64,000 nucleotides of DNA from Candidatus Omnitrophota bacterium (GTDB taxonomy: Bacteria > Omnitrophota > Gorgyraeia > Gygaellales > Profunditerraquicolaceae). Below, in pieces: positions 9,492 through 18,710 of the stretch. Position 1 is the stretch's first letter. Every line of letters begins with the position of its first letter. The notes under the pieces are model-generated. The model saw only the letters and a program-made list of their open reading frames with translations, searched no databases and was not told the DNA's origin. The position numbers and the translations under genes were made by a program. The DNA is taken from NCBI GenBank assembly GCA_028716965.1, contig JAQUOV010000004.1, positions 8,377-72,376 of the forward strand, in the 5' to 3' direction.

Positions 9492-10357
9492 ATATTTTAG
9501 GTATGGTAATTACGGCAGCAGTAGTAATATTCTTTATGGGTATCAGGATCGTGCGGCCTACACATAGAGGCTTAGTTGAAAGATTTGGCAAGTATAATCG
9601 CTTTGCTAACCCGGGATTTAACTGGGTATTTCCTATAATTGAAAATCTCTACCAGATTAATATCACTGAACAAATGGTGGATGCCGAGCCGCAGGAGATT
9701 ATCACTAATGACAACCTTAATGCCAAGGTTGACGCGCAGGTTTATTTTAAGGTAAAGGCAGATGAGGCGGATGTCAAGAACTGCCAGTACAGCGTCAATA
9801 ATTACCAGTGGCAGATCGTAAATTTAGCGCGCACCACATTAAGGAATATAATCGGTACTTTGACTTTAAAATCCGCCAACAGCGAAAGAGGCAAGATCAA
9901 CGCAGAGTTGCATAAAACGCTTTGCGAAGAGACTGCCAGCTGGGGCTTGGAGATTGTAAGGACCGAGTTAAAAGAGATTGACCCGCCCAAAGATGTGCAG
10001 GAGACGATGAATAAGGTTGTAAAAGCCGAGAATGAGAAGATCGCGGCAATTGATTATGCTACGGCAACTGAAACTGCTGCTGACGGTCAAAAAAGAGCAG
10101 AGATTAAAAAGGCCGAAGGTATCAAGCAGGCGCGCATATTAGAAGCTGAAGGCGAAGCCGCAGCGATAAAGTTAGTAAATGAAGCCGCAGAGCATTATTT
10201 TGTAGGTAATGCGCAGGTATTAAGAAAACTGGAAGCGGTTGAGAAGTCATTAGTAAATAACGCCAAGATTGTTATTCCGGCAAATACGGAGTTGGTGAAT
10301 GTGATTGGCGAAATGGCCGGCTTTTTACCGATTAAAAACAAAGAAGAAAAGAAATAG
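9488..10357 (+). CDS. SPFH/band 7 (stomatin/QmcA-like) membrane protein
   Basis: N-terminal TM helix, LVERFGKY, QEIITNDN, TTLRNIIG, AEG repeats. Confidence 0.93.
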   Translation: MNILGMVITAAVVIFFMGIRIVRPTHRGLVERFGKYNRFANPGFNWVFPIIENLYQINITEQMVDAEPQEIITNDNLNAKVDAQVYFKVKADEADVKNCQYSVNNYQWQIVNLARTTLRNIIGTLTLKSANSERGKINAELHKTLCEETASWGLEIVRTELKEIDPPKDVQETMNKVVKAENEKIAAIDYATATETAADGQKRAEIKKAEGIKQARILEAEGEAAAIKLVNEAAEHYFVGNAQVLRKLEAVEKSLVNNAKIVIPANTELVNVIGEMAGFLPIKNKEEKK

Positions 10358-10397
10358 CTTTTGACATTTTACCTTTGGGTTGTTGTTTGCGTGCATT

Positions 10398-10612
10398 AAT
10401 GAATCTGTCGTTTTGCTCGCTCAGGTCGATTTTTTAACGCCAATGCTCTTTCGCATTTCGGTGGCTGCGGAACTTGCGGTATTTGCTCTTGCAAATACCG
10501 CTCAAGCATCCTCGCCATCCCCGTTTTGTCGCTTCGCTCCACGGGGATACCCGAAATGCTCAAGCTCCATTGGCTAAAATCGACATTCACTCGCAATAAC
10601 GCCAGATTCATT
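10398..10612. repeat. Family B 215-bp long-hairpin repeat, copy 1
   Basis: Terminal IR AATGAATCTG/CAGATTCATT with nested stems; paralogous to 36728-36942. Confidence 0.9.
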
Positions 10613-10642
10613 TAGGCGTATTTAAGAGATAAGTTGTATTGT

Positions 10643-10693
10643 GCACATTTGCCGAAAATTTTCTAATGCGCGCTCCGCCAAAACCGCAAAACT
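10643..10693. repeat. Partial (right-arm) copy of family C repeat
   Basis: GCACATTTGCCGAAAATTTTCTAAT resembles GCACACTTTTGCCGAAAATCTTCTAAT at ~54306. Confidence 0.65.
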
Positions 10694-10750
10694 TGATGAT
10701 TTTTAAAATCGCGCCTATAGATGTAATAAGAACAAATAAGAGGATTTATT

Positions 10751-11479
10751 ATGGATGATGGTCGTAAGTTTTTGAGATATATTGTTCCTGCTTTTGTTTA
10801 TTTTGTTGAAGTAATTTTATTTCTATCTTTATTTTTAGTTTTTAATCCTTCAATATGCACATTTAACTTATCAAACGATCTAATCAACGAAAATAATATT
10901 TTAGAAATCATTATTATGGGTTTTATTGTAAGTGGAGGATTAGGTGCTTTTTTTTGTCAAATATACCATGTAATCTATTCATTTCACGTAGTTGACCTTC
11001 GAAATTCCATAATAGATGCTATAGAAAAAGGATGTTTAAAAGTAATGGAGAGGGGCAAAGCTTTAGAAGCTAAGAACATAAAGAATTGTAACAAAAGAAT
11101 TTTCTTAATGATTGATACTGTTTTGTGGAGTCAGCGTAGTGAACTTAACAATAAAATTAAAGGAGCAAAAGATAGGACTCAAACATACCATGATCATTTG
11201 CATGGTATAGGTGGAGTAATTGTTGCTACTTTTTTTGCTTTTGTAAGTTGGTTCTTCATAATCGGATACATAGCAGAAGAAATGTGTCTATTCAATCTTG
11301 CGTATTGGTTTATTATTTGTTCCTGGGTTGTATTATTTATTATCTTCTTTCTTGGATACTTTAGAATAAGGGAACAACTAGAATTTCATCGCTATTCTAT
11401 TTTAATAGATGTTTTGAAAGATGATTTCTTTTGGAATAATAAGAAACCTGCGGAGGTAGATATTCCTTGGGTTAAGTAA
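10751..11479 (+). CDS. AT-rich hypothetical membrane protein (about 4 TM helices)
   Basis: Hydrophobic segments; visibly lower GC than the flanking genes; GAGG RBS. Confidence 0.75.
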   Translation: MDDGRKFLRYIVPAFVYFVEVILFLSLFLVFNPSICTFNLSNDLINENNILEIIIMGFIVSGGLGAFFCQIYHVIYSFHVVDLRNSIIDAIEKGCLKVMERGKALEAKNIKNCNKRIFLMIDTVLWSQRSELNNKIKGAKDRTQTYHDHLHGIGGVIVATFFAFVSWFFIIGYIAEEMCLFNLAYWFIICSWVVLFIIFFLGYFRIREQLEFHRYSILIDVLKDDFFWNNKKPAEVDIPWVK

Positions 11480-11533
11480 ATGAAAATAGAGGAGTAAATG
11501 GAGACAGAATGAGTAAATGGTTTCAAGATTATT

Positions 11534-11702
11534 TTAGCGGGTGAGTTGGTTTGATTTTGAGCAGGGCGTGGAGGCAAGGAGCGGGCACGGTTCCGTCATT
11601 TTAGTGTCAGAGAGCGACGCCAGCCGACTCGAGCGAAGTTTTGACACGCCGGGGCAAAACGAGCGTCCCTGCGAAAAACAAACCAAGCCAGGGCCCGCGC
11701 AA
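11534..11702 (-). repeat. Long variant of family D repeat in reverse orientation
   Basis: Ends TTAGCGGGTG..TTGATTTTGAG and GCGAAAAACAAACCAAGCCAGGGCCCGC align with the reverse complement of 19477-19547, with a ~100-bp larger interior. Confidence 0.7.
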
Positions 11703-11722
11703 GGCAGGATTGAGGAGGGAAA

Positions 11723-12178
11723 ATGAGAAAAAGATTTATTTATCTTGGGTTAAGCGTTTTATGTTCTTTAGGTTTTCTGTTAAGTTATGCTGAAGCAGCG
11801 GACCAGGTGTCGGTAGAATTCAAGCTGGTTTGTGCAGGCTCAAGCCAGTCTGATTGCAGGAAAGCGGAAACGCCGAATAGATTTGAAGAACTTTATGTCA
11901 GCAAAACCCCATTTCTTTCAACAAAAGATATTGCGTCTGCAAAAATAACAGAGCAGGAGCCTAATATAGTGATTGATTTAAGATTTAATAAGGAAGCAAC
12001 GCAGAAATTTAACGAGATTACCTCTAAGAATGCGGGGAGAAGAATAGCCGTATTTCTTGATGGAAGCCTGCTTACTACTTCTAAGATTTATGATCCTGTT
12101 ACAACAGGAAAAATTACAATAACCACCAGCCTTACAAAAGAAAAAGCAAAGGCTTTAGTAGATTCTATTAACAAATAG
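11723..12178 (+). CDS. Exported protein with a SecDF P1-head-like domain
   Basis: Signal peptide; DIASAK...IDLRFNKEATQKFNEITSKNAGRRIAVFLDG...ITT pattern. Confidence 0.8.
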   Translation: MRKRFIYLGLSVLCSLGFLLSYAEAADQVSVEFKLVCAGSSQSDCRKAETPNRFEELYVSKTPFLSTKDIASAKITEQEPNIVIDLRFNKEATQKFNEITSKNAGRRIAVFLDGSLLTTSKIYDPVTTGKITITTSLTKEKAKALVDSINK

Positions 12179-12193
12179 TTATGTTAAAATAAG

Positions 12194-12883
12194 ATGTTGA
12201 AGAAAATCTTGTGTGTTATAACATTAGTTTTATTTCCTTTGATGGCCTGGGCCGCGGAGTCTTGGGAGAAAAAAGGGGATTATTATTTTCTTGCCAAGAC
12301 CAGGGACAACTTTGCCTTGGAAGGCGCAGGCCCGAATATATTTGCCAGCAAATATTTGGCATACGGCGGAGTGGATTTCCTGGTGCGCGGGGAAAGCAGT
12401 TGGCAGGATTACGGAAGGCTTGATCTTGAAGGCAATAATATGTTCTCCCTGCCGATAAGGCCGGGGATGAAGGTGGAGGAGGTGCATTTTTTAGCAGGCG
12501 GCAATTACAGCAACAGCTATGAGCATGATGCGTCAATGCGCTTGTTCGGGGATAAATATTTTTACGCTACCCTTAGCGTTATCTTTGCATATGAAGACGG
12601 CACACATAATAACCTTTCCGTGCCGGTTTTCTGGGATTGGTTTGATATTGGAATCGGCGAATGGTCGAAGAACGGGGCAACCATTAAATCCTTAGGTGAA
12701 AACCCGGTGCGTCAAAAATGCAGCATGTTCCATATTATCTTTGTTAACCCCCGGCCGATGGAGCCGGTAAAGGATATCCTGGTTGCGGATAGCTGGATAG
12801 ATGACCGGCCTTTTTCAGATGTCTTTGCAGTAACAATTAAATCTTCTGATACACTGGATGCGGCAGCAAAAGGAGAGAAATAA
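12194..12883 (+). CDS. Hypothetical exported protein
   Basis: Signal peptide (AWA), 229-aa ORF coupled to purD. Confidence 0.75.
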   Translation: MLKKILCVITLVLFPLMAWAAESWEKKGDYYFLAKTRDNFALEGAGPNIFASKYLAYGGVDFLVRGESSWQDYGRLDLEGNNMFSLPIRPGMKVEEVHFLAGGNYSNSYEHDASMRLFGDKYFYATLSVIFAYEDGTHNNLSVPVFWDWFDIGIGEWSKNGATIKSLGENPVRQKCSMFHIIFVNPRPMEPVKDILVADSWIDDRPFSDVFAVTIKSSDTLDAAAKGEK

Positions 12884-14172
12884 TGCGCATATTAGTGGTT
12901 GGTTCAGGCGGAAGAGAACATGCGTTGGCCTGGAAGATCGCTCAATCGCAAGCCGTGGATAAGATCTTTTGCGCTCCCGGTAACGGCGGTATTACGCACC
13001 TGGCAGAGTGCGTTGATATAAAGTCTGATGATATCTTTGGTTTGCTGGATTTTGCCAGAAAAGAAAAGATCGGCCTGACCGTGGTCGGTCCGGAGATACC
13101 TTTGGCTTTAGGTATCGTGGATGAGTTTATAAAAGCAGGGCTTAAGATATTCGGGCCGAATAAGAAAGCTGCTGCTCTTGAGGCAAGCAAGATTTTTAGC
13201 AAGCAGTTGATGGCAAAATACAATGTGCCTACCGCCGAGTTTAAGGTTTTTGATGACCCGGAAGAAGCGAAAAAATATATTGAGAAGAAGGGCGCGCCCT
13301 GCGTAGTCAAGGCTGACGGCCTGGCCGCCGGAAAAGGCGTGGTTGTGGCCAAAACCGTTAAGGAGGCAAAGGATGCGGTAAAAGCTATGATGCAGGACAA
13401 GGTCTTCGGCGATGCCGGCAAGAAAATAATCATTGAGGAGTGCCTTACCGGGCAGGAGGCCTCAATCATTGTGATCACGGATTCAAAACAGGTATTGGCA
13501 TTGGCTTCAGCACAGGACCACAAAAGTATTTTTGACAATGACCAGGGAGCAAACACCGGGGGCATGGGCGCTTATTCCCCCGCTTCCATTGTTACTCCTG
13601 GCATCCTGGTTGAGGTTATGGAAAAGATAATTTACCGCACTATTGACGGCTTGGCCAAAGAAGGCATAGATTATCGGGGAGTTTTGTATGCCGGAATAAT
13701 GCTGACTAAAGAAGGGCCGAAGACGCTTGAGTTTAATGTGCGTTTTGGCGATCCGGAGACAGAAGCAATACTGCCCAGGTTAAAATCGGATTTAGTGGAG
13801 GTAATGCTGGCGGCAACCGACGGAGAGTTGACCAAGGTAAAGAATTTATACTGGGATTCCCGCGCCTGTGTATGCGTGGTTTGCGCATCCGGAGGCTATC
13901 CGGGAAGTTATGCAAAAGATAAAGAGATCAAGGGGTTAAAGGAAGCGGAGAAATTAAAGGATATCGTGGTTTTTCACGCCGGGACTAAAAAAATGGGTGA
14001 TAAAATATTGACCAGCGGAGGCAGGGTCTTGGGGGTAACCGGATTAGGCACAACAATTGAGGATGCGATAGATAAAACATATAAAGCAGTGAGCAAGATC
14101 AGTTTTGAAGGCATGCACTATCGTACTGACATCGGGCATAAGGCAATAGGGCAGAAGGTAAGCCGCATATGA
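12883..14172 (+). CDS. purD: Phosphoribosylamine--glycine ligase
   Basis: GSGGREHALAW, KADGLAAGKGV, NTGGMGAYSP, EFNVRFGDPE. Confidence 0.97.
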   Translation: MRILVVGSGGREHALAWKIAQSQAVDKIFCAPGNGGITHLAECVDIKSDDIFGLLDFARKEKIGLTVVGPEIPLALGIVDEFIKAGLKIFGPNKKAAALEASKIFSKQLMAKYNVPTAEFKVFDDPEEAKKYIEKKGAPCVVKADGLAAGKGVVVAKTVKEAKDAVKAMMQDKVFGDAGKKIIIEECLTGQEASIIVITDSKQVLALASAQDHKSIFDNDQGANTGGMGAYSPASIVTPGILVEVMEKIIYRTIDGLAKEGIDYRGVLYAGIMLTKEGPKTLEFNVRFGDPETEAILPRLKSDLVEVMLAATDGELTKVKNLYWDSRACVCVVCASGGYPGSYAKDKEIKGLKEAEKLKDIVVFHAGTKKMGDKILTSGGRVLGVTGLGTTIEDAIDKTYKAVSKISFEGMHYRTDIGHKAIGQKVSRI

Positions 14173-14885
14173 GTTTAGAAAAGGAAAACCAGGCAGGCAA
14201 TTGGCCGGTTTTAGGAACAAAAGACATAGCCGGGGCTTATAAATTTTATGTTGAGAAGCTGGATTTTGTTCCCTGCGGGCAGTATGATAATGTTGCCGGC
14301 TTGGAGCAGGTGATTGTTAAACTGGATGGGTTTTTCCTTGTTCTTCGTAAATCGCAAGCAAGCGGCCCGCTTATCCAGGCAGAGCAAAAAATAGAAGGCA
14401 GGCAGGATCAGGACAGGGAGTTAGCGTTGTATATACCTGTGAGAGGTGTATTTGATTATTACAACGCGATAAAGAATAAAGGCGTAGATACGGTCACGGA
14501 AATCATAAAAGGGCCGGATGATTCGGATTTAAACTTTTTCAATCCGGATGAAGACGGTTTCTACCTCAAGGATGAAGACGGTAACCTTCTGGTTTTTTGG
14601 ACATATTATAGCGATCATTACAATCCCAGGTTTTGGGCTTGGGTTTGGGAACTTAAATTAACACCTGAAAGGATTATGCAGTTTAAGAAGCCGGCTAAGT
14701 TATCCGGAAAAGACAAAATCATTAATTGGGGATGTTTTATCGTTTTTTTCGCGGCTCTTATGGTTATCTTGGCTATTATAACAACTCATTACGCGGTATT
14801 TATAGCCGCGTCATTGGGTTTAGCGATTATAGGGGCTGTTATCAAATCTATTAATTGTTTTTGCCGTAAGCGTTATTCAAAATAG
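14169..14885 (+). CDS. VOC/glyoxalase-like domain protein with two C-terminal TM helices
   Basis: PVLGTKDIAGAYKFYVEKLDF and FYLKDEDGNLLVF match the VOC pattern; hydrophobic C-terminus. Confidence 0.7.
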   Translation: MSLEKENQAGNWPVLGTKDIAGAYKFYVEKLDFVPCGQYDNVAGLEQVIVKLDGFFLVLRKSQASGPLIQAEQKIEGRQDQDRELALYIPVRGVFDYYNAIKNKGVDTVTEIIKGPDDSDLNFFNPDEDGFYLKDEDGNLLVFWTYYSDHYNPRFWAWVWELKLTPERIMQFKKPAKLSGKDKIINWGCFIVFFAALMVILAIITTHYAVFIAASLGLAIIGAVIKSINCFCRKRYSK

Positions 14886-14921
14886 TATTTCGCCGGTTAA
14901 ATCTAAATATCAGGAGGAAAA

Positions 14922-15410
14922 ATGAAAAAAGCAGCGATAAGTATTATTATGGGCAGCCAATCCGACCTGGAGACGGTAAGCGAAGCAGTGGATGTCTTGA
15001 GGGAATTTAAGGCGGATTTTGAGGTGAGGATTTTATCTGCGCACCGCACTCCTAAAGAGGTTGCTCAATATGTAGAGGCGGCGCCGAAAAAAGGGACAAA
15101 GGTTTTTATCGCAGCAGCGGGGATGTCCGCGGCTTTAGCCGGGGTAGTGGCAGCGCATACCACATTGCCGGTTATCGGCATACCCATTGAAACAAAAAAC
15201 TTAAAAGGACTGGACTCTCTTTTATCAACCGTGCAGATGCCTGCCGGCATACCGGTTGCCTGTATGGCCATAGGAAAATCAGGGGCAAAGAATGCCGCGC
15301 TTTTTGCTTTGGAGATACTGGCAGTAAGCGACCATAAAATTACCACTAAGTTGCTTAATTACAAGAAACAGATGTGCCTTAAGATCAAGCAGGCGAAGAT
15401 CAGGTTATGA
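14922..15410 (+). CDS. purE: N5-CAIR mutase
   Basis: IIMGSQSD, SAHRTP, LLSTVQMPAGIPVA. Confidence 0.97.
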   Translation: MKKAAISIIMGSQSDLETVSEAVDVLREFKADFEVRILSAHRTPKEVAQYVEAAPKKGTKVFIAAAGMSAALAGVVAAHTTLPVIGIPIETKNLKGLDSLLSTVQMPAGIPVACMAIGKSGAKNAALFALEILAVSDHKITTKLLNYKKQMCLKIKQAKIRL

Positions 15411-16468
15411 GTGCGACAAAAATAATAAAAATCAATCCGGTTTTGCCTGAAGAGGAGTATATCAGCCAGGCAGCTAAGGTTATTGCAGATGGCGGTCTGG
15501 TGGTTATCCCCACGGAGACTGTTTATGGTATTGCGGCCAATGCCTTGGATAAAAATACTTTGGATAAACTTTATGAGATTAAAAAGCGGTCAAAGGATAA
15601 GCCTTTTGCTTTGCTCATTGCGGATAAGATTAAGGTTGATGAACTTGCAAGCGATATACCGGTTGCTGCGTATAAATTAATGCATAAATTCTGGCCCGGG
15701 CCTTTGACAATTTTATTGAAGGCGCCAAGCGGCGGTAAGGTGGGGTTGCGTATGCCGGATGACCAGGTTGCTTTGAAGATTGTTGAGCGTTCAGCTGTTC
15801 CCGTAGCCTGTCCTTCGGCAAATATTTCGGGTTCTGCTGCCCCGGTTAACTTTGCAGAGGCGATTAAGGATATGAATGGCTTGGTAGAGCTGGCGCTTGA
15901 CGCCGGGGAAGCAAAAATAGGGATGGAATCCACTATTGTAGATTTAAGCGTTGAGCCGCTTAAAATAACAAGGAGCGGCTCAATAAAAGATGAAGAGATA
16001 AACGCGGTTGTAAAATCCAGGACCGTACTCTTTATCTGCACGGGAAACTCCTGCCGTTCGGTAATGGCCGAGGCGTATTTAAAAAAGCTCCTGGAAGAAC
16101 AGAAAAGGAGCGATGTGGAGGTGTTCTCCGCGGGGGTAATGATCCTTGCCGGGCTTGGCGCAAGCACAGAGACCAGGCAGGTATTGAAGAACGAAGGCAT
16201 GGATGTAAGTGCTCACCGTTCGCAAAGATTGACCAGGGAGATGGTGGACAGGTCCGATATCATACTGGTAATGGAGCCCATGCATGAGAAAAGGGTGCTT
16301 GAGCTTGCGCCGGAAGCAATGAACAGGCTTTTTTTATTGAAGGAATTTGCTAAAATGGATGATAATGATTTGGATATTGTTGACCCTATAGGAGGGTCGC
16401 TTGAGTTTTACGAGGATACTTTTCGCACAATTAAAGATGCCGTAGAAAGGATAAGTAAAATCATATGA
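15407..16468 (+). CDS. tsaC: TsaC/Sua5 threonylcarbamoyl-AMP synthase fused to a low-molecular-weight phosphatase domain
   Basis: PTETVYG, FWPGPLT, PSANISG; then VLFICTGNSCRSVMAE...DIVDPIGG. Confidence 0.92.
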   Translation: MSATKIIKINPVLPEEEYISQAAKVIADGGLVVIPTETVYGIAANALDKNTLDKLYEIKKRSKDKPFALLIADKIKVDELASDIPVAAYKLMHKFWPGPLTILLKAPSGGKVGLRMPDDQVALKIVERSAVPVACPSANISGSAAPVNFAEAIKDMNGLVELALDAGEAKIGMESTIVDLSVEPLKITRSGSIKDEEINAVVKSRTVLFICTGNSCRSVMAEAYLKKLLEEQKRSDVEVFSAGVMILAGLGASTETRQVLKNEGMDVSAHRSQRLTREMVDRSDIILVMEPMHEKRVLELAPEAMNRLFLLKEFAKMDDNDLDIVDPIGGSLEFYEDTFRTIKDAVERISKII

Positions 16469-16926
16469 GCGCGCTATTTATTGCTTCCGACCACGCAGGG
16501 TTTATTTTAAAAGAGAGGTTAAAAGAATACCTTAATAAAAATGGGCTTGCCATAAAAGACCTGGGCACATATTCAAAGGAGCGCTGCGATTATCCAGAAT
16601 ATGCCTATGGTTTGGCTAAGGCTGTTGCTTCAGGTAAGAATAACCGCGGGGTGCTTATTTGTAAAAGCGGTATAGGAAATTCTATCGTCGCCAACAAGGT
16701 CCCGGGAGTGCGCGCTGCGCTTTGCTATAACCTTAAGGCAGCAAAACTTAGCCGTCAGCATAATGATAGTAATGTTTTGGTGCTGGGTTCGGCTTTTGTC
16801 AGGACGGATTTAGCCAAGAGGATGGTTCCTGCTTGGTTAAACACGCAGTTCCTGGGAGGAAGGCATTTAAGAAGGGTAAAATTAATCAACAGCATTGAGA
16901 AAAAGATAAGGAGAGGCGCCAAGTGA
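16465..16926 (+). CDS. rpiB: Ribose-5-phosphate isomerase B
   Basis: [32 protein letters not shown]. Confidence 0.95.
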   Translation: MSALFIASDHAGFILKERLKEYLNKNGLAIKDLGTYSKERCDYPEYAYGLAKAVASGKNNRGVLICKSGIGNSIVANKVPGVRAALCYNLKAAKLSRQHNDSNVLVLGSAFVRTDLAKRMVPAWLNTQFLGGRHLRRVKLINSIEKKIRRGAK

Positions 16927-18170
16927 AACATTTAAAACAGATTGACCCGGAGATTTACGCAGCGATTAAGAAAGAGATGCAGCGCCAGGATGAGAACCTT
17001 GAGTTGATCGCCTCGGAGAACTTTGCTTCTTTGGGAGTGTTGGAGGCCCAGGGCTCTGTGTTGACCAATAAATATGCCGAGGGATATCCCGGCAGGCGCT
17101 GGTATGGCGGGTGTGAATATGTAGATACCGCAGAGAGCCTTGCTATTGAACGGGCCAAAGCAATATTCGGCGCAGAGCACGCCAATGTCCAGCCGCATTC
17201 AGGTTCGCAGGCGAATATGGCGGTGTATTTTGCGGCGATAAAACCGGGAGATACGGTCCTGGCTATGGATTTAGCTGCCGGAGGCCACCTCACCCACGGC
17301 CACCCGCATAATTTCTCCGGGATGTTTTATAAGATCGTCGGTTACGGCGTGGACAGGAAAAGCGAAACCCTGGATTATGATGCCATCCTTGAGCTTGCCA
17401 AAACACATAAGCCGAAGATGATACTGGCAGGCGCCTCGGCGTATCCAAGGACAATTGATTTTAAGAAGTTCCGCCAGATCGCTGACAGCGTCGGGGCGTA
17501 TCTATTCGTGGATATGGCGCATATCGCAGGGCTGGTCGCTGCCGGGGTTCATCCTTCTCCCGTACCTTACGCGGAGTTTGTTACCTCTACTACGCATAAG
17601 ACCTTGCGCGGCCCGCGCGGCGGGTTTATCCTTTGCAGGAAAGAGTTTGCCAAGAAAATAGACAGCCAGATCTTCCCCGGGATACAGGGGGGGCCGTTGA
17701 TGCATGTGGTTGCCGCCAAAGCCGTGGCATTTGCCGAGGCAATGACGCCGGAGTTTAAGCAATACCAGGCCCAGCTGGCTGAAAATGCCAGGGAGTTAGC
17801 AAAGGCTTTGGAGAAAAAAGGCTTTCGCATCGTATCCGGAGGCACGGATACGCATTTAATGCTCGTAGATCTGAATGCCAAAAATATTACCGGCTCCGAT
17901 GCTTCAAGGATTTTAGGGCAGGTAAATATTACGGTAAACAAGAACCTTATACCTTTTGATCAGAAGTCTCCGCTTGTAACAAGCGGTATCCGCCTGGGCA
18001 CGGCGGCAGTAAGCACGCGCAAGATGAAAGAGGCGCAGATGCAGAAGATCGCCGGTTTAATCAACGATGCGCTGGAAAACCAGGCCGATATGAATAAATT
18101 AACTGAAATCAAAAAGGAAACGATCGCTTTAGCCAGAAAGTTTCCGCTATATCCGGAGCTATTGAAATAA
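16923..18170 (+). CDS. glyA: Serine hydroxymethyltransferase
   Basis: [28 protein letters not shown]. Confidence 0.98.
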   Translation: MKHLKQIDPEIYAAIKKEMQRQDENLELIASENFASLGVLEAQGSVLTNKYAEGYPGRRWYGGCEYVDTAESLAIERAKAIFGAEHANVQPHSGSQANMAVYFAAIKPGDTVLAMDLAAGGHLTHGHPHNFSGMFYKIVGYGVDRKSETLDYDAILELAKTHKPKMILAGASAYPRTIDFKKFRQIADSVGAYLFVDMAHIAGLVAAGVHPSPVPYAEFVTSTTHKTLRGPRGGFILCRKEFAKKIDSQIFPGIQGGPLMHVVAAKAVAFAEAMTPEFKQYQAQLAENARELAKALEKKGFRIVSGGTDTHLMLVDLNAKNITGSDASRILGQVNITVNKNLIPFDQKSPLVTSGIRLGTAAVSTRKMKEAQMQKIAGLINDALENQADMNKLTEIKKETIALARKFPLYPELLK

Positions 18171-18171
18171 T

Positions 18172-18252
18172 ATGAACCCCTCGCCTTCTGTAAATTTAAC
18201 TATTGAAGCCATGGGGTTTAATGAGCTGACTAAGGAAGAAGGTGCGGGATGA
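18172..18252 (+). repeat. Family A junction element, short copy (glyA / dCMP deaminase)
   Basis: ATGAACCCCTCGCCTTC...GAAGGTGCGGGATGA; supplies the start codon of the next gene. Confidence 0.9.
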
Positions 18253-18710
18253 AAAAGAGCAGAACTATACATAAGCGCCCTACGTGGGATGAATATTTCC
18301 TGGAGATGGCAGGCTTGGTTGCCAAAAGGTCAACCTGCCTGCGCCGCTCTGTTGGTGCGGTATTGGTAAGAGAAAAAAGAATTTTGGCTACCGGTTATAA
18401 CGGCGCTCCCAGCGGTTTGAAGCACTGTGTTGAAATCGGCTGTATACGCCAGCAGTTAAAGATACCTTCCGGAGAACGCCATGAATTATGCCGCGCCTTA
18501 CATGCAGAGCAGAACGCGCTTATCCAGGCCTGCCTGCACGGCATAAGCGTAAAAGGCGCAACTTTATATGCCACTAATCAGCCGTGCGTTATCTGCGCCA
18601 AGATGCTCATTAACGCCGGGATAAGGGAGATCGTAATTGCCGAAGGCTACCCGGACAAAATGGCGATGAGCTTCTTAAGGCAGGCAAAGATAAGAATAAG
18701 GAAAATATGA
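18249..18710 (+). CDS. dCMP deaminase / ComEB family
   Basis: [35 protein letters not shown]. Confidence 0.93.
   Translation: MKKSRTIHKRPTWDEYFLEMAGLVAKRSTCLRRSVGAVLVREKRILATGYNGAPSGLKHCVEIGCIRQQLKIPSGERHELCRALHAEQNALIQACLHGISVKGATLYATNQPCVICAKMLINAGIREIVIAEGYPDKMAMSFLRQAKIRIRKI

Noticed and set aside
10380-10611. Short ORFs over repeat families B, C and D (10380, 10396, 11541, 36659, 53988, 54128, 26750)
   Set aside because: They coincide with palindromic repeats, have no protein motifs, and frames are not preserved between copies.
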